Of a DNA stretch of 64,000 nucleotides, positions 1 to 8,951 are shown in pieces. A model generated the notes under the pieces. The model had not been told where the DNA came from. It saw only the letters and a list, made by a program, of their open reading frames with translations, and did not search any database. Both the position numbers and the translations under genes were made by a program. How positions within the stretch are numbered: position 1 is the stretch's first letter; each line of letters opens with the position of its first letter. The stretch comes from Collinsella sp. (GTDB taxonomy: Bacteria > Actinomycetota > Coriobacteriia > Coriobacteriales > Coriobacteriaceae): contig DXZP01000001.1 of NCBI GenBank assembly GCA_019419605.1, forward strand, positions 116,153-180,152. Reading direction: 5' to 3'.

Positions 1-42
1 GCTATCCGAAATGCAAGACGTTCTATGACACAGGAGGCACAT

Positions 43-1122
43 ATGGTAGATTCCAAGCAGGCTCCACTCGACTCCGCGGCAGCCGCAAAAGCAGCGTTCG
101 CTTCGGTCCAGGACAAGCCATTCCCCGATGATATCTTTACGGCTCCCGAGCTTCGTTGGGCTGTGATCGGGTGCGGCGTTATCGCCAACCAGATGGCCCA
201 GTCTCTCGCTCTTGCCGGCCGCAAGCTTGCGGGCGTCGCCAACCGTACGCTGTCCAAGGCTCAGGCTTTTGCTGAGCAGTATGGCATCGAGAAGGTCTAT
301 GAATCGGTTGAGGACCTCTACGCCGATCCGGGCATCGACGCCGTCTATATCACCACGCCGCACAACACGCATATCACCTATCTGCGCGCTGCCCTGGCAG
401 CCGGCAAGCACGTGCTCTGCGAGAAAGCCATTACTCTCAATTCCGCTGAGCTCGACGAGGCGCGTGCCATCGCCGACGAGCACAACGTCGTCCTCATGGA
501 CGCCACCACGGTGCTTCATATGCCCTTGTATCAAGAGCTGCGCCGTCGCATGGATGCCGGTGAGTTCGGCCGCATGAACCTCGCCCAGCTCAACTTTGGT
601 AGCTACAAGGAGTACGGCGATCTGACCAATCGCTTCTACAACCGCAACCTTGCTGGCGGTGCCATGCTCGACATTGGCGTGTATGCCCTGTCCGTCATGC
701 GTCTCTTTATGGCAAGCCAGCCCATTGAGGTCGTTTCGTTGGGCAACACCTGTGAGACCGGTGTTGACGTTGCGGGCGGCATCGTCTGCCGTAATGCCGA
801 GCAGCAGCTGGGTGTTGTGAGCCTCACGCTCCACTCCAAGCAACCCAAGCGCTCGATTATTAGCTTCGATAAGTGCTATATCGAGGTCAACGAGTATCCG
901 CGCGCCGATCACGCGACCATCGTGTGGACTGCGGACGGCCACCGCGAGGAGGTCCACGCCGGCACCGAGGCTTACGCCCTTTGCTATGAGATGGCCGATC
1001 TTGAGAAGGCCGTTGCCGGCGACGACTCTAAGCGTGAGCTGCTGGATTATGCTTCTGATGTTATGGAGCTGATGACCAAGCTACGCGCCGACTGGGGAGT
1101 CGTGTACCCCGAGGAGGAGTAA
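43..1122 (+). CDS. Gfo/Idh/MocA family NAD(P)-dependent oxidoreductase
   Basis: GCGVIA Rossmann motif, HVLCEKA motif, GGAMLDIGVY; RBS GGAGG at 33-37 favours ATG at 43. Confidence 0.9.
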   Translation: MVDSKQAPLDSAAAAKAAFASVQDKPFPDDIFTAPELRWAVIGCGVIANQMAQSLALAGRKLAGVANRTLSKAQAFAEQYGIEKVYESVEDLYADPGIDAVYITTPHNTHITYLRAALAAGKHVLCEKAITLNSAELDEARAIADEHNVVLMDATTVLHMPLYQELRRRMDAGEFGRMNLAQLNFGSYKEYGDLTNRFYNRNLAGGAMLDIGVYALSVMRLFMASQPIEVVSLGNTCETGVDVAGGIVCRNAEQQLGVVSLTLHSKQPKRSIISFDKCYIEVNEYPRADHATIVWTADGHREEVHAGTEAYALCYEMADLEKAVAGDDSKRELLDYASDVMELMTKLRADWGVVYPEEE

Positions 1123-1125
1123 GCG

Positions 1126-1872
1126 ATGCTAGCGGAAGATAGGCTCAACGCGATCGTGTCGATGGTTCAGCAGACCGGCTCGGTTACCGTGCCGGAGCTT
1201 GCCGAAGCCCTGGGCGTGACAGCGTCTACCATTCGGCGCGACCTGCAGACGCTCAATCGCGCACACCGTATCGCCAAGGTGCACGGTGGGGCGACGAGCC
1301 TTGAGCGCGCGCACGTGACGCGCGACCTAACGCTTAATGAGCGCAGCGATCTCCATAACGACGACAAGGAACGTATCTGCGCCCGTGCGGCGGCACTTGT
1401 GGAGCCCGAGAGCTTTGTATACATCGACTCGGGTTCGACGACGCTCAGGCTCATCGAGCATCTTCCACACCTTGAAGATGTCACCTATGTGACCGATTCC
1501 GTGCTCCATGCTCAACGCCTTGCTTTGCGCGGCATGCGTACCGTGGTGCTGGGTGGCGAGCTCAAACCCGAGACCGAGGCGCTCGTTGGCCCCGATGCCT
1601 TGGCAACCTTAGACCGCTACAACTTCAACTGTGGCTTTTGGGGCTCTAACGGCATTGCCGCCGAGCAGGGCTTCACGGCGCCCGATATCGAGGAGGCGCA
1701 AGTAAAGCGTATCTCGATGCGCCATACGGCCAAGCGCTTCGTAATCTCGGACGCCAGTAAATTTGGCATGGTGGCGCCCGTCAAGTTCGCGGACTTCCGT
1801 GACGCAACGATTATTACCGCAGGCGATGTCCCTGCCAAGTACCGGGCAATGGACAACGTCATCACGGTCTAA
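1126..1872 (+). CDS. DeoR/GlpR family transcriptional regulator
   Basis: N-terminal HTH (STIRRDL...KVHGGA), C-terminal sugar-phosphate sensor (IDSGSTT, DASKFG). Confidence 0.93.
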   Translation: MLAEDRLNAIVSMVQQTGSVTVPELAEALGVTASTIRRDLQTLNRAHRIAKVHGGATSLERAHVTRDLTLNERSDLHNDDKERICARAAALVEPESFVYIDSGSTTLRLIEHLPHLEDVTYVTDSVLHAQRLALRGMRTVVLGGELKPETEALVGPDALATLDRYNFNCGFWGSNGIAAEQGFTAPDIEEAQVKRISMRHTAKRFVISDASKFGMVAPVKFADFRDATIITAGDVPAKYRAMDNVITV

Positions 1873-1893
1873 CAGCAAGGGACGGGCTAAGAC

Positions 1894-1933
1894 CAAAACC
1901 ACCACAAAGGTGCCTGTCCCCATTGTGGTGGTT
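1894..1933. repeat. 40-bp REP-like palindromic element, copy 1
   Basis: CAAAACCACCACAAAGGTGCCTGTCCCCATTGTGGTGGTT; arms AACCACCACAA/TTGTGGTGGTT; identical to 2345-2384. Confidence 0.9.
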
Positions 1934-1963
1934 AGTAACGAAAACCGAGTAGTTTTCTCAATA

Positions 1964-2001
1964 GAAAAGCGGCAACGTCCATCACGGGCGTCGCCGCTTT
2001 C
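1964..2001. terminator. GC-rich hairpin, probable intrinsic terminator
   Basis: AAAGCGGCAACGTCC-atcac-GGGCGTCGCCGCTTT downstream of deoR. Confidence 0.55.
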
Positions 2002-2016
2002 GTTGTCTGCCGGTTT

Positions 2017-2316
2017 GTCTAAGTCTGTAACAACTGGACCGTTAAAAGTGGGCTAGGTGTTACAGATCGAGATACTTACGAACCGCGCCGTCCCTTTGTC
2101 TCAATCTGTAACATCTGGGACTGATTTTGCCGAGTTACTGTTACAGATTGAGATTATTCCCTTGAGGGGGATTCGAATGTCTCGATCTGTAACAACTAGA
2201 CGTCGAAATAGACCCTTACTGTTACAGAACGAGACAGACGGAAGGGTCCGAAACAAATCATCTCGATCTGTAACAGATAGACCGCAAAATGGGCTTTAGC
2301 TGTTACAGATCGAGAT
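2017..2316. repeat. Array of 8 alternating inverted 16-bp motifs (TGTTACAGATCGAGAT and its reverse complement), exact 81-bp period
   Basis: Reverse copies at 2017, 2098, 2179, 2260; forward copies at 2058, 2139, 2220, 2301; gaps alternate 25 and 24 nt. Confidence 0.95.
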
Positions 2317-2344
2317 GTTTGGGAATCCGGCAGAGCCATCGCGG

Positions 2345-2384
2345 CAAAACCACCACAAAGGTGCCTGTCCCCATTGTGGTGGTT
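2345..2384. repeat. 40-bp REP-like palindromic element, copy 2
   Basis: Identical direct copy of 1894-1933; abuts the RluA stop codon. Confidence 0.9.
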
Positions 2385-3043
2385 TAGGGCTCCCAGGGGC
2401 AGGGGGCTTCGATGTGGATGTGCTCGCCGGTTACGGGGTGCGTGAAGGACACGCTGTGGGCATGGAGCATGAGGCCGCAGGGGCGCGGCGTTCCGTACAG
2501 GTCGTCGCCAACCAGGGGATGATGCTCGCTTGCCAGGTGCACGCGAATCTGATGCTTGCGGCCGGTGAGCAGCTCGACATCAATATACGAGCGCGTGGGC
2601 AGGCCGCGGCGGCTCTTAAGGCGCTTGAGTACCTTGACGCGCGTCTGAGATGGCTTGCCGCTGGCGCCAACGCGCATCTTGCGGCTATCGTGGCGGTCGC
2701 GGGCGATGGGCTTGTCGATGAGCTTTTCGTTCCAGTCGATCTTGCCCTCGGCGAGCGCCAGGTAGTGCTTTTCGAACGCGTGGTCGATGATCATCTGGTC
2801 AAAGGCGGGCTGCGTCTGCTTGTCGAGTGAGAACAGCACCACGCCGGTGGTGTCACGGTCCAGGCGATTGAGCGGCTGCATGTCGGTCGCGGCAAAGCCG
2901 TCGCCCATCGCCAGCAGCAGGTCGCTGGCGTAGTCGGTAAGTGTGCGCTCGCCGGTGCCGTCACCGTGGACGATCATGCCGGCGGGCTTGTCGATGGCCA
3001 TGAGCCAGGCGTCGCAGTAGAGGACTTGAGGTTCTTCGTTCAC
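2384..3043 (-). CDS. RluA family RNA pseudouridine synthase
   Basis: IDKPAGMIVH, NRLDRDTTG catalytic Asp motif, LLTGRKHQIRVH, GDDLYG, LHA. Confidence 0.93.
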   Translation of the reverse strand: MNEEPQVLYCDAWLMAIDKPAGMIVHGDGTGERTLTDYASDLLLAMGDGFAATDMQPLNRLDRDTTGVVLFSLDKQTQPAFDQMIIDHAFEKHYLALAEGKIDWNEKLIDKPIARDRHDSRKMRVGASGKPSQTRVKVLKRLKSRRGLPTRSYIDVELLTGRKHQIRVHLASEHHPLVGDDLYGTPRPCGLMLHAHSVSFTHPVTGEHIHIEAPCPWEP

Positions 3044-3058
3044 GTGTAAGCCTTTCGG

Positions 3059-5554
3059 TTAGCTAATTCCCACAAACATGCAGCCCGAGGTGGCGCCGCG
3101 CAGGCGGGCGGCCGGCTTGCGGCCGGCTTGAGCCGCCTCGACAGCGCGACGGACGCGAGCGACGGCACGGCCAATCTCATCGGCCTCGAGCAAGGTTCCG
3201 TCGACCATAAGACGGCGCACGCCGGCATCGAGCAGCTGCGGAACTTGCGGCGTGAGGTCGATGGGGTAGGCGTCGTACAGGCGTGAGCGGCCGTGGATGT
3301 CGGTACGCACCGGCATGACCTTGCCGTCGATATTCTTGAGCGAGAGCTTGCGGGCACGCAGGCGGCAGTTGGCACAATCGTGGATGCAGCCGTTGGCAAC
3401 CTGCAGAATGCAATGCTCGCTTGTCATGACGCGCGGGCGGCCAAAGACGGTGATGCCTAGAGCCGCGGGCGCGGCGGCGCCGAGCGAGACAATCTCGTCG
3501 AGCGTGATCTCGGGCGAGAGCCAAAACGCACCGGCTCCGCGCTCGGCAAGCGCCTCCATGCAGGGCGTGTTGTGCACCGGCAGGCAAGAGCGAATCTCGG
3601 CCGTGGCGCCAACCTGGGCGGCCAGGGCAAGCTCAGAGATGTTGCCAATAGCGACCGTGGCGCCGGCAACAACCCATGGGTCAACGCGGACGTGGTCAAC
3701 GGCGCGGCAGACCTCATCGAGCACGGGTACGATGTCCTGTTCAAACGTATCGGCGGGGGAGAGCTCGGCCGCATCGAGCGCGTCGGTGGTCATGTAGATG
3801 CGCGTTGCACCCTCCGCCCGCGCTGCCTCGGCGGTCTCGAGCGAGGTGACGGTGGCGCAGATCTGCGGCTCGTCGCGGTAGTGCTCGGGCGCGGGGCGGG
3901 AATCACTGGTGACAATCGCCGGCAGCTCGAGCGTTTTCGCGCGCTCCGCGTACGGCGCCAGAATGGCCTCTTCCAGCGCCTTGCAAGCGGCGGCGCGCAC
4001 CTTATGTACGGCGGAGAAACCCATGCCACAGCCCTCATCGAGCGCCACCTCAAAGCTCGCAGCCTCAAAGGGAGAGGAACCCATGCGGCCGACGTGCTCA
4101 ACCAGATCGGACGCCTCGACCGCACGGGTCTTGGCGGCTTCGACAGTAAAGCCCGTGGCCGTGGCCGTAAGCGAAGGGTCGTCGCAGCAGGTGAGTGTGA
4201 CGGCAAACGGCTCGCCCAGGCGCGCCACGACGGATACATCAACAGCTCGGCGGCGCAGCACATCGCGCTTGAGCGCGGCGCTGGCAGCGTCAATAGCGCG
4301 CTGGCTTCGAATCACGCGCACGCGGCAGCCCTCGGGCATGCTACGGGGCACGCGACACTCGATAACATCGCCGGCAGCGGCATCATCGGCGGCGATGGTG
4401 GTCAGGAACTGGTCGAACTCATCGTCGTGGCGAAGCTCCAGCAGGTCGCCCTTGCCCATGGGCTCAAACAACTCAATGCGGGCGATGGCGGCGCGGCGAC
4501 GGCGGTCGTCGGGCTTGAGTCCGCGCACATCGCGGTTGGCCAGGCGGCTGCCGAGCACCGTGCCCACGATCTGGCCGCGGTTGTTGGAGCGCTCGTAACT
4601 CATCATCTCGTCACCCGAGGTGCCGTCTTGGTAGGCGTGCGTAAAGTCACGGTTAAAGCAGCGCTTGAGCTGGCGCTGACGGGCGGCTTCCTCGTCCTTA
4701 GAGGTCGAAACATCGGCCAGCATATCGTCAATCTGATGACGATACACGTCGACGATGGAATACACGTAATCGGGAGCCTTCATGCGGCCCTCGAGCTTGA
4801 GCGATGCGGCGCCGGCGTCATACAGACGGCGAACAAGCTGCGAAGTGTTGGTGTCGCGCGGGCACAGCGCGCGCTCGCGACCGGCAGGGGAGAGCGAGCG
4901 GCCGTTCTCGTCGATCAGCTCGTAAGGCAGGCGACAGGGTTGAGCGCACATGCCGCGGTTGGCCGAGCGGCCCGCCATGGCAAAGCTCGAAAGCAGACAC
5001 AGGCCAGAGTAGCAAAAGCAGATGGCGCCATGGCTAAAGACCTCAAGGTCCACATCGGGCGCGGCATCGTGAATGGCGGCAATCTCGTCGATGGAAAGCT
5101 CGCGCGAGAGGGTCACGCGGTCGGCGCCCTGCTCGCGGCACCAAAGGGTTCCGCGGTCGTCGTGGATGTTTGCCTGGGTCGAGATATGCGTCTCGATGCT
5201 GGGCATCGTGCGCTTGACCTCAAAGAACAGGCCCCAGTCCTGGATGATGAAGGCGTCGGCGCCCAGCGTGGAGCAGCGATGGATGAGCTGCAGCGCATCG
5301 CTCATCTCGGATTCCTTGATGACGATGTTGACCGTGACGTAGACGCGCGAGCCGGCCAGATGCGCGGCGCGGCAGGCCTGCTCAAAGGCCTCGTCGGTAA
5401 AGTTGGTGGCCTTGCGGCGGGCGTTGAAGCTGCCCATGCCGCAGTAGATGGCGTCTGCCCCGGCGGCGAGCGCGGCGGCAAAGGGCTCCGGGCCTCCGGC
5501 GGGCGCCAAAAGCTCGGGTCTGCGGTTGGTGGTTCGACTGGCGGTTGCGGTCAT
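3059..5554 (-). CDS. U32 peptidase-family protein, long RlhA-like form (likely rRNA hydroxylase)
   Basis: PELLAPAG, HISTQ, LSRELS, HGAICFCYSGLC, NRGMCAQPCR, LKLEGRMK; long C-terminal extension. Confidence 0.88.
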   Translation of the reverse strand: MTATASRTTNRRPELLAPAGGPEPFAAALAAGADAIYCGMGSFNARRKATNFTDEAFEQACRAAHLAGSRVYVTVNIVIKESEMSDALQLIHRCSTLGADAFIIQDWGLFFEVKRTMPSIETHISTQANIHDDRGTLWCREQGADRVTLSRELSIDEIAAIHDAAPDVDLEVFSHGAICFCYSGLCLLSSFAMAGRSANRGMCAQPCRLPYELIDENGRSLSPAGRERALCPRDTNTSQLVRRLYDAGAASLKLEGRMKAPDYVYSIVDVYRHQIDDMLADVSTSKDEEAARQRQLKRCFNRDFTHAYQDGTSGDEMMSYERSNNRGQIVGTVLGSRLANRDVRGLKPDDRRRRAAIARIELFEPMGKGDLLELRHDDEFDQFLTTIAADDAAAGDVIECRVPRSMPEGCRVRVIRSQRAIDAASAALKRDVLRRRAVDVSVVARLGEPFAVTLTCCDDPSLTATATGFTVEAAKTRAVEASDLVEHVGRMGSSPFEAASFEVALDEGCGMGFSAVHKVRAAACKALEEAILAPYAERAKTLELPAIVTSDSRPAPEHYRDEPQICATVTSLETAEAARAEGATRIYMTTDALDAAELSPADTFEQDIVPVLDEVCRAVDHVRVDPWVVAGATVAIGNISELALAAQVGATAEIRSCLPVHNTPCMEALAERGAGAFWLSPEITLDEIVSLGAAAPAALGITVFGRPRVMTSEHCILQVANGCIHDCANCRLRARKLSLKNIDGKVMPVRTDIHGRSRLYDAYPIDLTPQVPQLLDAGVRRLMVDGTLLEADEIGRAVARVRRAVEAAQAGRKPAARLRGATSGCMFVGIS

Positions 5555-5852
5555 ATCCTGCCTTTCAAAATGCTCAGATACTCAAAAGTATAGTGGTGCC
5601 GTCGCGGCAGGCGATGCCCGTGCTCTAAGCGGGATAAAGTCTTCAGCAGCTTGGACTGGCTGCTTCACATGAGAACCGTTCAGCGGTCCGGGGAAACCGT
5701 TGGACGATAAAATATTCTCGAAACGTGATAATAATCTTGCATCGCGCGGAAACCTTGAGTACTATCCCAATCAAGCGCGGTGTTCAGACCGAACTGTGCC
5801 TCCCGGTGTGAACGCCGCGCTCCCGTTCCCTTTTACTTGTAAGGAGAAAAAC

Positions 5853-6230
5853 ATGAGCAAGACCGTCGTGTCTTCCGATAACGCACCCGCAGCCATCGGC
5901 CCGTATTCCCCCGGTATCCAGACTGGCAACATGGTGTTCCTGTCCGGCCAGCTGGGCATCGACCCCGCAACCGGTAAGATGCCCGAGGGCGTCGAGGCCC
6001 AGGCCAAGCAGTCCCTTGCTAACGTCGAGGCCCTGCTGACCGCTGCCGGCGCCACGTTTGCCGATGTCGTCAAGACCACGGTCTACCTGGCCGACATCGC
6101 CGACTTTGCCGCCGTGAACGAGATTTACGCCTCCAAGTTCGAGGCTCCGTTCCCCGCGCGCAGCGCTTTCCAGGTTGCCGCCCTTCCGGCTGGCGGTCTG
6201 GTCGAGATCGAGGTTGTCGCCGCTCTCTAA
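5853..6230 (+). CDS. RidA family reactive enamine/imine deaminase
   Basis: APAAIGPYS, FLSGQLG, PARSAFQVAALP, VEIEV; RBS AAGGAG at 5841. Confidence 0.92.
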   Translation: MSKTVVSSDNAPAAIGPYSPGIQTGNMVFLSGQLGIDPATGKMPEGVEAQAKQSLANVEALLTAAGATFADVVKTTVYLADIADFAAVNEIYASKFEAPFPARSAFQVAALPAGGLVEIEVVAAL

Positions 6231-6258
6231 GGTGTTGGTAACAACTAAACATGACATG

Positions 6259-6299
6259 CAAAAAGACCCTGCAGCGCGTGCGAGCTGCAGGGTCTTTTG
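6259..6299. terminator. Bidirectional intrinsic terminator
   Basis: AAAAGACCCTGCAGC...GCTGCAGGGTCTTTT between convergent genes. Confidence 0.85.
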
Positions 6300-6352
6300 T
6301 CAAGCGATGCGACAAAAATGATCCGTTTCCCTTCGTCCCCAAGGGATCACGT

Positions 6353-7009
6353 TTAGCCCTCCTTGCGGACTTTTTGCAGGTAGCGGTACACGCTGGGCTC
6401 CGAGATGCCCAACGCGGTGGCAGCGCAGGCCACGGCGCCCTTGAGCATGAACACCCCGTTGCCGTTGAGGTGGCGAATGACGTCCACGCGGTCGCTCTGA
6501 CCAAGCGACGCTACATCCAGCCCGCGCGCGCTCAGCAACTCGGCAATGCTGCGGTCGATGAGCTCCTGGGTGGACTCCGAAAGGCTTTCGACCTCGATAG
6601 GGGCGGGCTCCGTGCGCGTCGGCGCTGCGTCGAAGCACGCCATGAGCTGCTGCGCCATGGCGTTTATGGAGCGTACGGTCGAGAGGTCGGTGTTGACGCA
6701 GAGCATACCGACGATCTCGTCATCCTCGCGGATAAAGAACGTCGCGGACTCCAGCGTCTTGCCTCCGGCGCCGCGGCCCTCGTAGCCCGTAATAAACGGC
6801 AGGTCGCGATACTTGGGGTCGTGCATGATCTTGAGCGCCAGATCGGTGGCGGGACCGCCGACCTTACGGCCGCTCACAATGCCGTTGCGAATATCGACGA
6901 TGGCGTGGTCGGGATCCGAGAAATCGTGCAGCACGATCTCGCTGTTCTTACCGAGTATCTGCTCCAGGAAATCGACCATCGGCAAAAAGCGGCGTACGGT
7001 CTCGTTCAC
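6353..7009 (-). CDS. YheO-like PAS + C-terminal HTH transcriptional regulator
   Basis: EIVLHD, NGIVSGRKVGGPATD, GMLCVNTD, GVFMLKGAV...SVYRYL; GTG start with AAGGAG RBS. Confidence 0.88.
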   Translation of the reverse strand: MNETVRRFLPMVDFLEQILGKNSEIVLHDFSDPDHAIVDIRNGIVSGRKVGGPATDLALKIMHDPKYRDLPFITGYEGRGAGGKTLESATFFIREDDEIVGMLCVNTDLSTVRSINAMAQQLMACFDAAPTRTEPAPIEVESLSESTQELIDRSIAELLSARGLDVASLGQSDRVDVIRHLNGNGVFMLKGAVACAATALGISEPSVYRYLQKVRKEG

Positions 7010-7361
7010 GGGCAACTCCTTTGGGTGAAATCGGAAATGTTCATAACAATTTTTTCTCATGGTAACACGGTGTCTATTGACTCGCATATTCGCAGGTACA
7101 TTGCGTAATACAGACGAGCGGTAGGATTTTGGCGGTAAACGGTTGACCAAAAGAAAAGTTAGATGTTATTTTGACCGGACACTTTCCTGACCTGCGGAAA
7201 TGCATTGTCTCAGCTTAAGAATAGTCTGATAACAAAAAATTATTATTGAGAATGAGAATCATCTTTAATAAGATATGCAACGAAGGCACAACCTCAACCC
7301 CGCACTGCGTCACAATAGAGCGTTAGATGCGAAAACAACTACTTCGAGGATTGGTGGTCAA

Positions 7362-8756
7362 ATGACCCAGGAGACGGTTACGAACGGCACTGAAGCCCTG
7401 TTCACTCGCGAAGGCATGCCTCCCGTTAAGGAAATGATCCCGTGTGCCCTTCAGCACGTACTGGCATCGTTTGCCGGCATCATTACCCCGGCGGTCATCA
7501 TGGCCGGCGTCTACGGCTTTAATAGCCAGCAGAGCACCGACATCATCCAGGTCGCGCTCATTCTTTCGGCGATCGATACGGCCCTTCAGGCCTTCGCTCC
7601 CTTCCGTCGCATCGGCGGCGGCCTGCCCATCGTCATGGGCGTTTCGTTCGCGTTCCTGCCGGCCCTGCAGGCTATGGGTGCCTCGGGCTTTAGCTTTGGT
7701 GCACTGCTGGGCGGCGAGATTGTCGGCGGTGCCGTCGCGGTCCTCTTTGGTCTGGCCTACAGCAAGATTAAGTGGCTGTTCCCGCCCGTCGTGACCGGTA
7801 CGGTCATCTTCTCCATTGGCGTCTCTCTCTATCCCACGGCCGTCAAGTACATGGCCGGCGGCATGGGCACGCCGCTGTGGGGCACCCCGCAGGCCTGGTG
7901 CGTCGCTCTTATCACCTTCGCCGTGGTCTTTGCGCTCGCCAACTTTGGCAAGGGCACGCTCAAGCTGGGATCCGTGTTCTTTGGCATGATCGTTGGCATG
8001 ATCGTCTCCATCCCCTTTGGCATGATCGACTTCTCAAGCGTCGCCACCGCTCAGGTCTTCGCCCTTCCCAAGCTCATGCCCTATGCGCTCGAGTTTGATC
8101 CCGAGGTCTGCATTACCCTCGCCGTCGTGTTCCCCATGGTTGCCATTCAGGTTATCGGCGACGTCTCCGCCGCCTGCCTGGGCTCCATCGACCGTATGCC
8201 CACCGAGCGCGAGCTCTCCGGCGCTATCGTGTCCCAGGGCCTCACCTCTATGGTCGGCGGCCTGCTGGGCGGTCTTCCCACCAGCGCCCTTGGCCAGAAC
8301 GTGGGCATCATCTGCTCCAACAAGGTCGTCAACAAGTGGGTCTTTGTGATCATCGCGGCCGTCTTTGCCATCGCCGGTCTGTTCCCGCAGCTCTCTGCCG
8401 TCCTTTCCGCTATCCCGCAGCCCGTCATCGGCGGCGCGACCGTCGGCGTCTTTGGCACCATCACCATGAACGGCGTGCGCATGTTCACCCGCGAGGGCCT
8501 CACGCAGCGCACTACCACCATCGTCGGTACCTCCGTCGTCTTTGGCCTGGGTATCTGGATGGCCAGCGGTTGCCTTGCCGGCGAGGGTATGCCCGCCTGG
8601 GTATCCACCGTCATCGGCTCCAATGCCGTAACCCCCACCGCCATTATGGCCATTGTCCTTAACCTGATCCTTCCGCAGACGCCGGTCGTGGCTCAGCACA
8701 TCGATGCTGCCAAGGACGCTGCCGTGGATCTGGTCTTGCCCGAGAGCAAGAAGTAA
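7362..8756 (+). CDS. NCS2 nucleobase:cation symporter (xanthine/uric acid permease family)
   Basis: ALQHVLA, PIVMGVSF, FPPVVTG, QNVG signature, IPQPVIGG; many TM helices. Confidence 0.9.
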   Translation: MTQETVTNGTEALFTREGMPPVKEMIPCALQHVLASFAGIITPAVIMAGVYGFNSQQSTDIIQVALILSAIDTALQAFAPFRRIGGGLPIVMGVSFAFLPALQAMGASGFSFGALLGGEIVGGAVAVLFGLAYSKIKWLFPPVVTGTVIFSIGVSLYPTAVKYMAGGMGTPLWGTPQAWCVALITFAVVFALANFGKGTLKLGSVFFGMIVGMIVSIPFGMIDFSSVATAQVFALPKLMPYALEFDPEVCITLAVVFPMVAIQVIGDVSAACLGSIDRMPTERELSGAIVSQGLTSMVGGLLGGLPTSALGQNVGIICSNKVVNKWVFVIIAAVFAIAGLFPQLSAVLSAIPQPVIGGATVGVFGTITMNGVRMFTREGLTQRTTTIVGTSVVFGLGIWMASGCLAGEGMPAWVSTVIGSNAVTPTAIMAIVLNLILPQTPVVAQHIDAAKDAAVDLVLPESKK

Positions 8757-8951
8757 CCAATTCGGTGCTATTCGTCGGCGGGCGCATCGCCTCGTCCGCC
8801 GACGTCATGCGGCGCCAAGCCGCACTTCAAAGGGTTTGTCCCTTTGGTGAAGCGTTGACGGGAGAGGGCCCGTTTCCGGTGTAGGCCGGCGCTTCGCACT
8901 CCGCCATGTCAGAGGTGTCAAACCCCGCCCCTGATGTTGAAGGGAGCATTC

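Noticed and set aside
2057..2299. 80-aa ORF with a 27-aa periodicity across the array
   Set aside because: No clear RBS, and conservation follows the DNA palindromes rather than codons; probably incidental because 81 is divisible by 3, though not excluded.
2017..2316. Calling the 81-bp array a CRISPR
   Set aside because: Motifs alternate in orientation, are only 16 bp, and no cas genes or leader are present; reported as a novel repeat instead.
5775..5850. Riboswitch (Moco/purine) in the ridA leader
   Set aside because: Only a 12-bp stem is evident; I could not match a known consensus.
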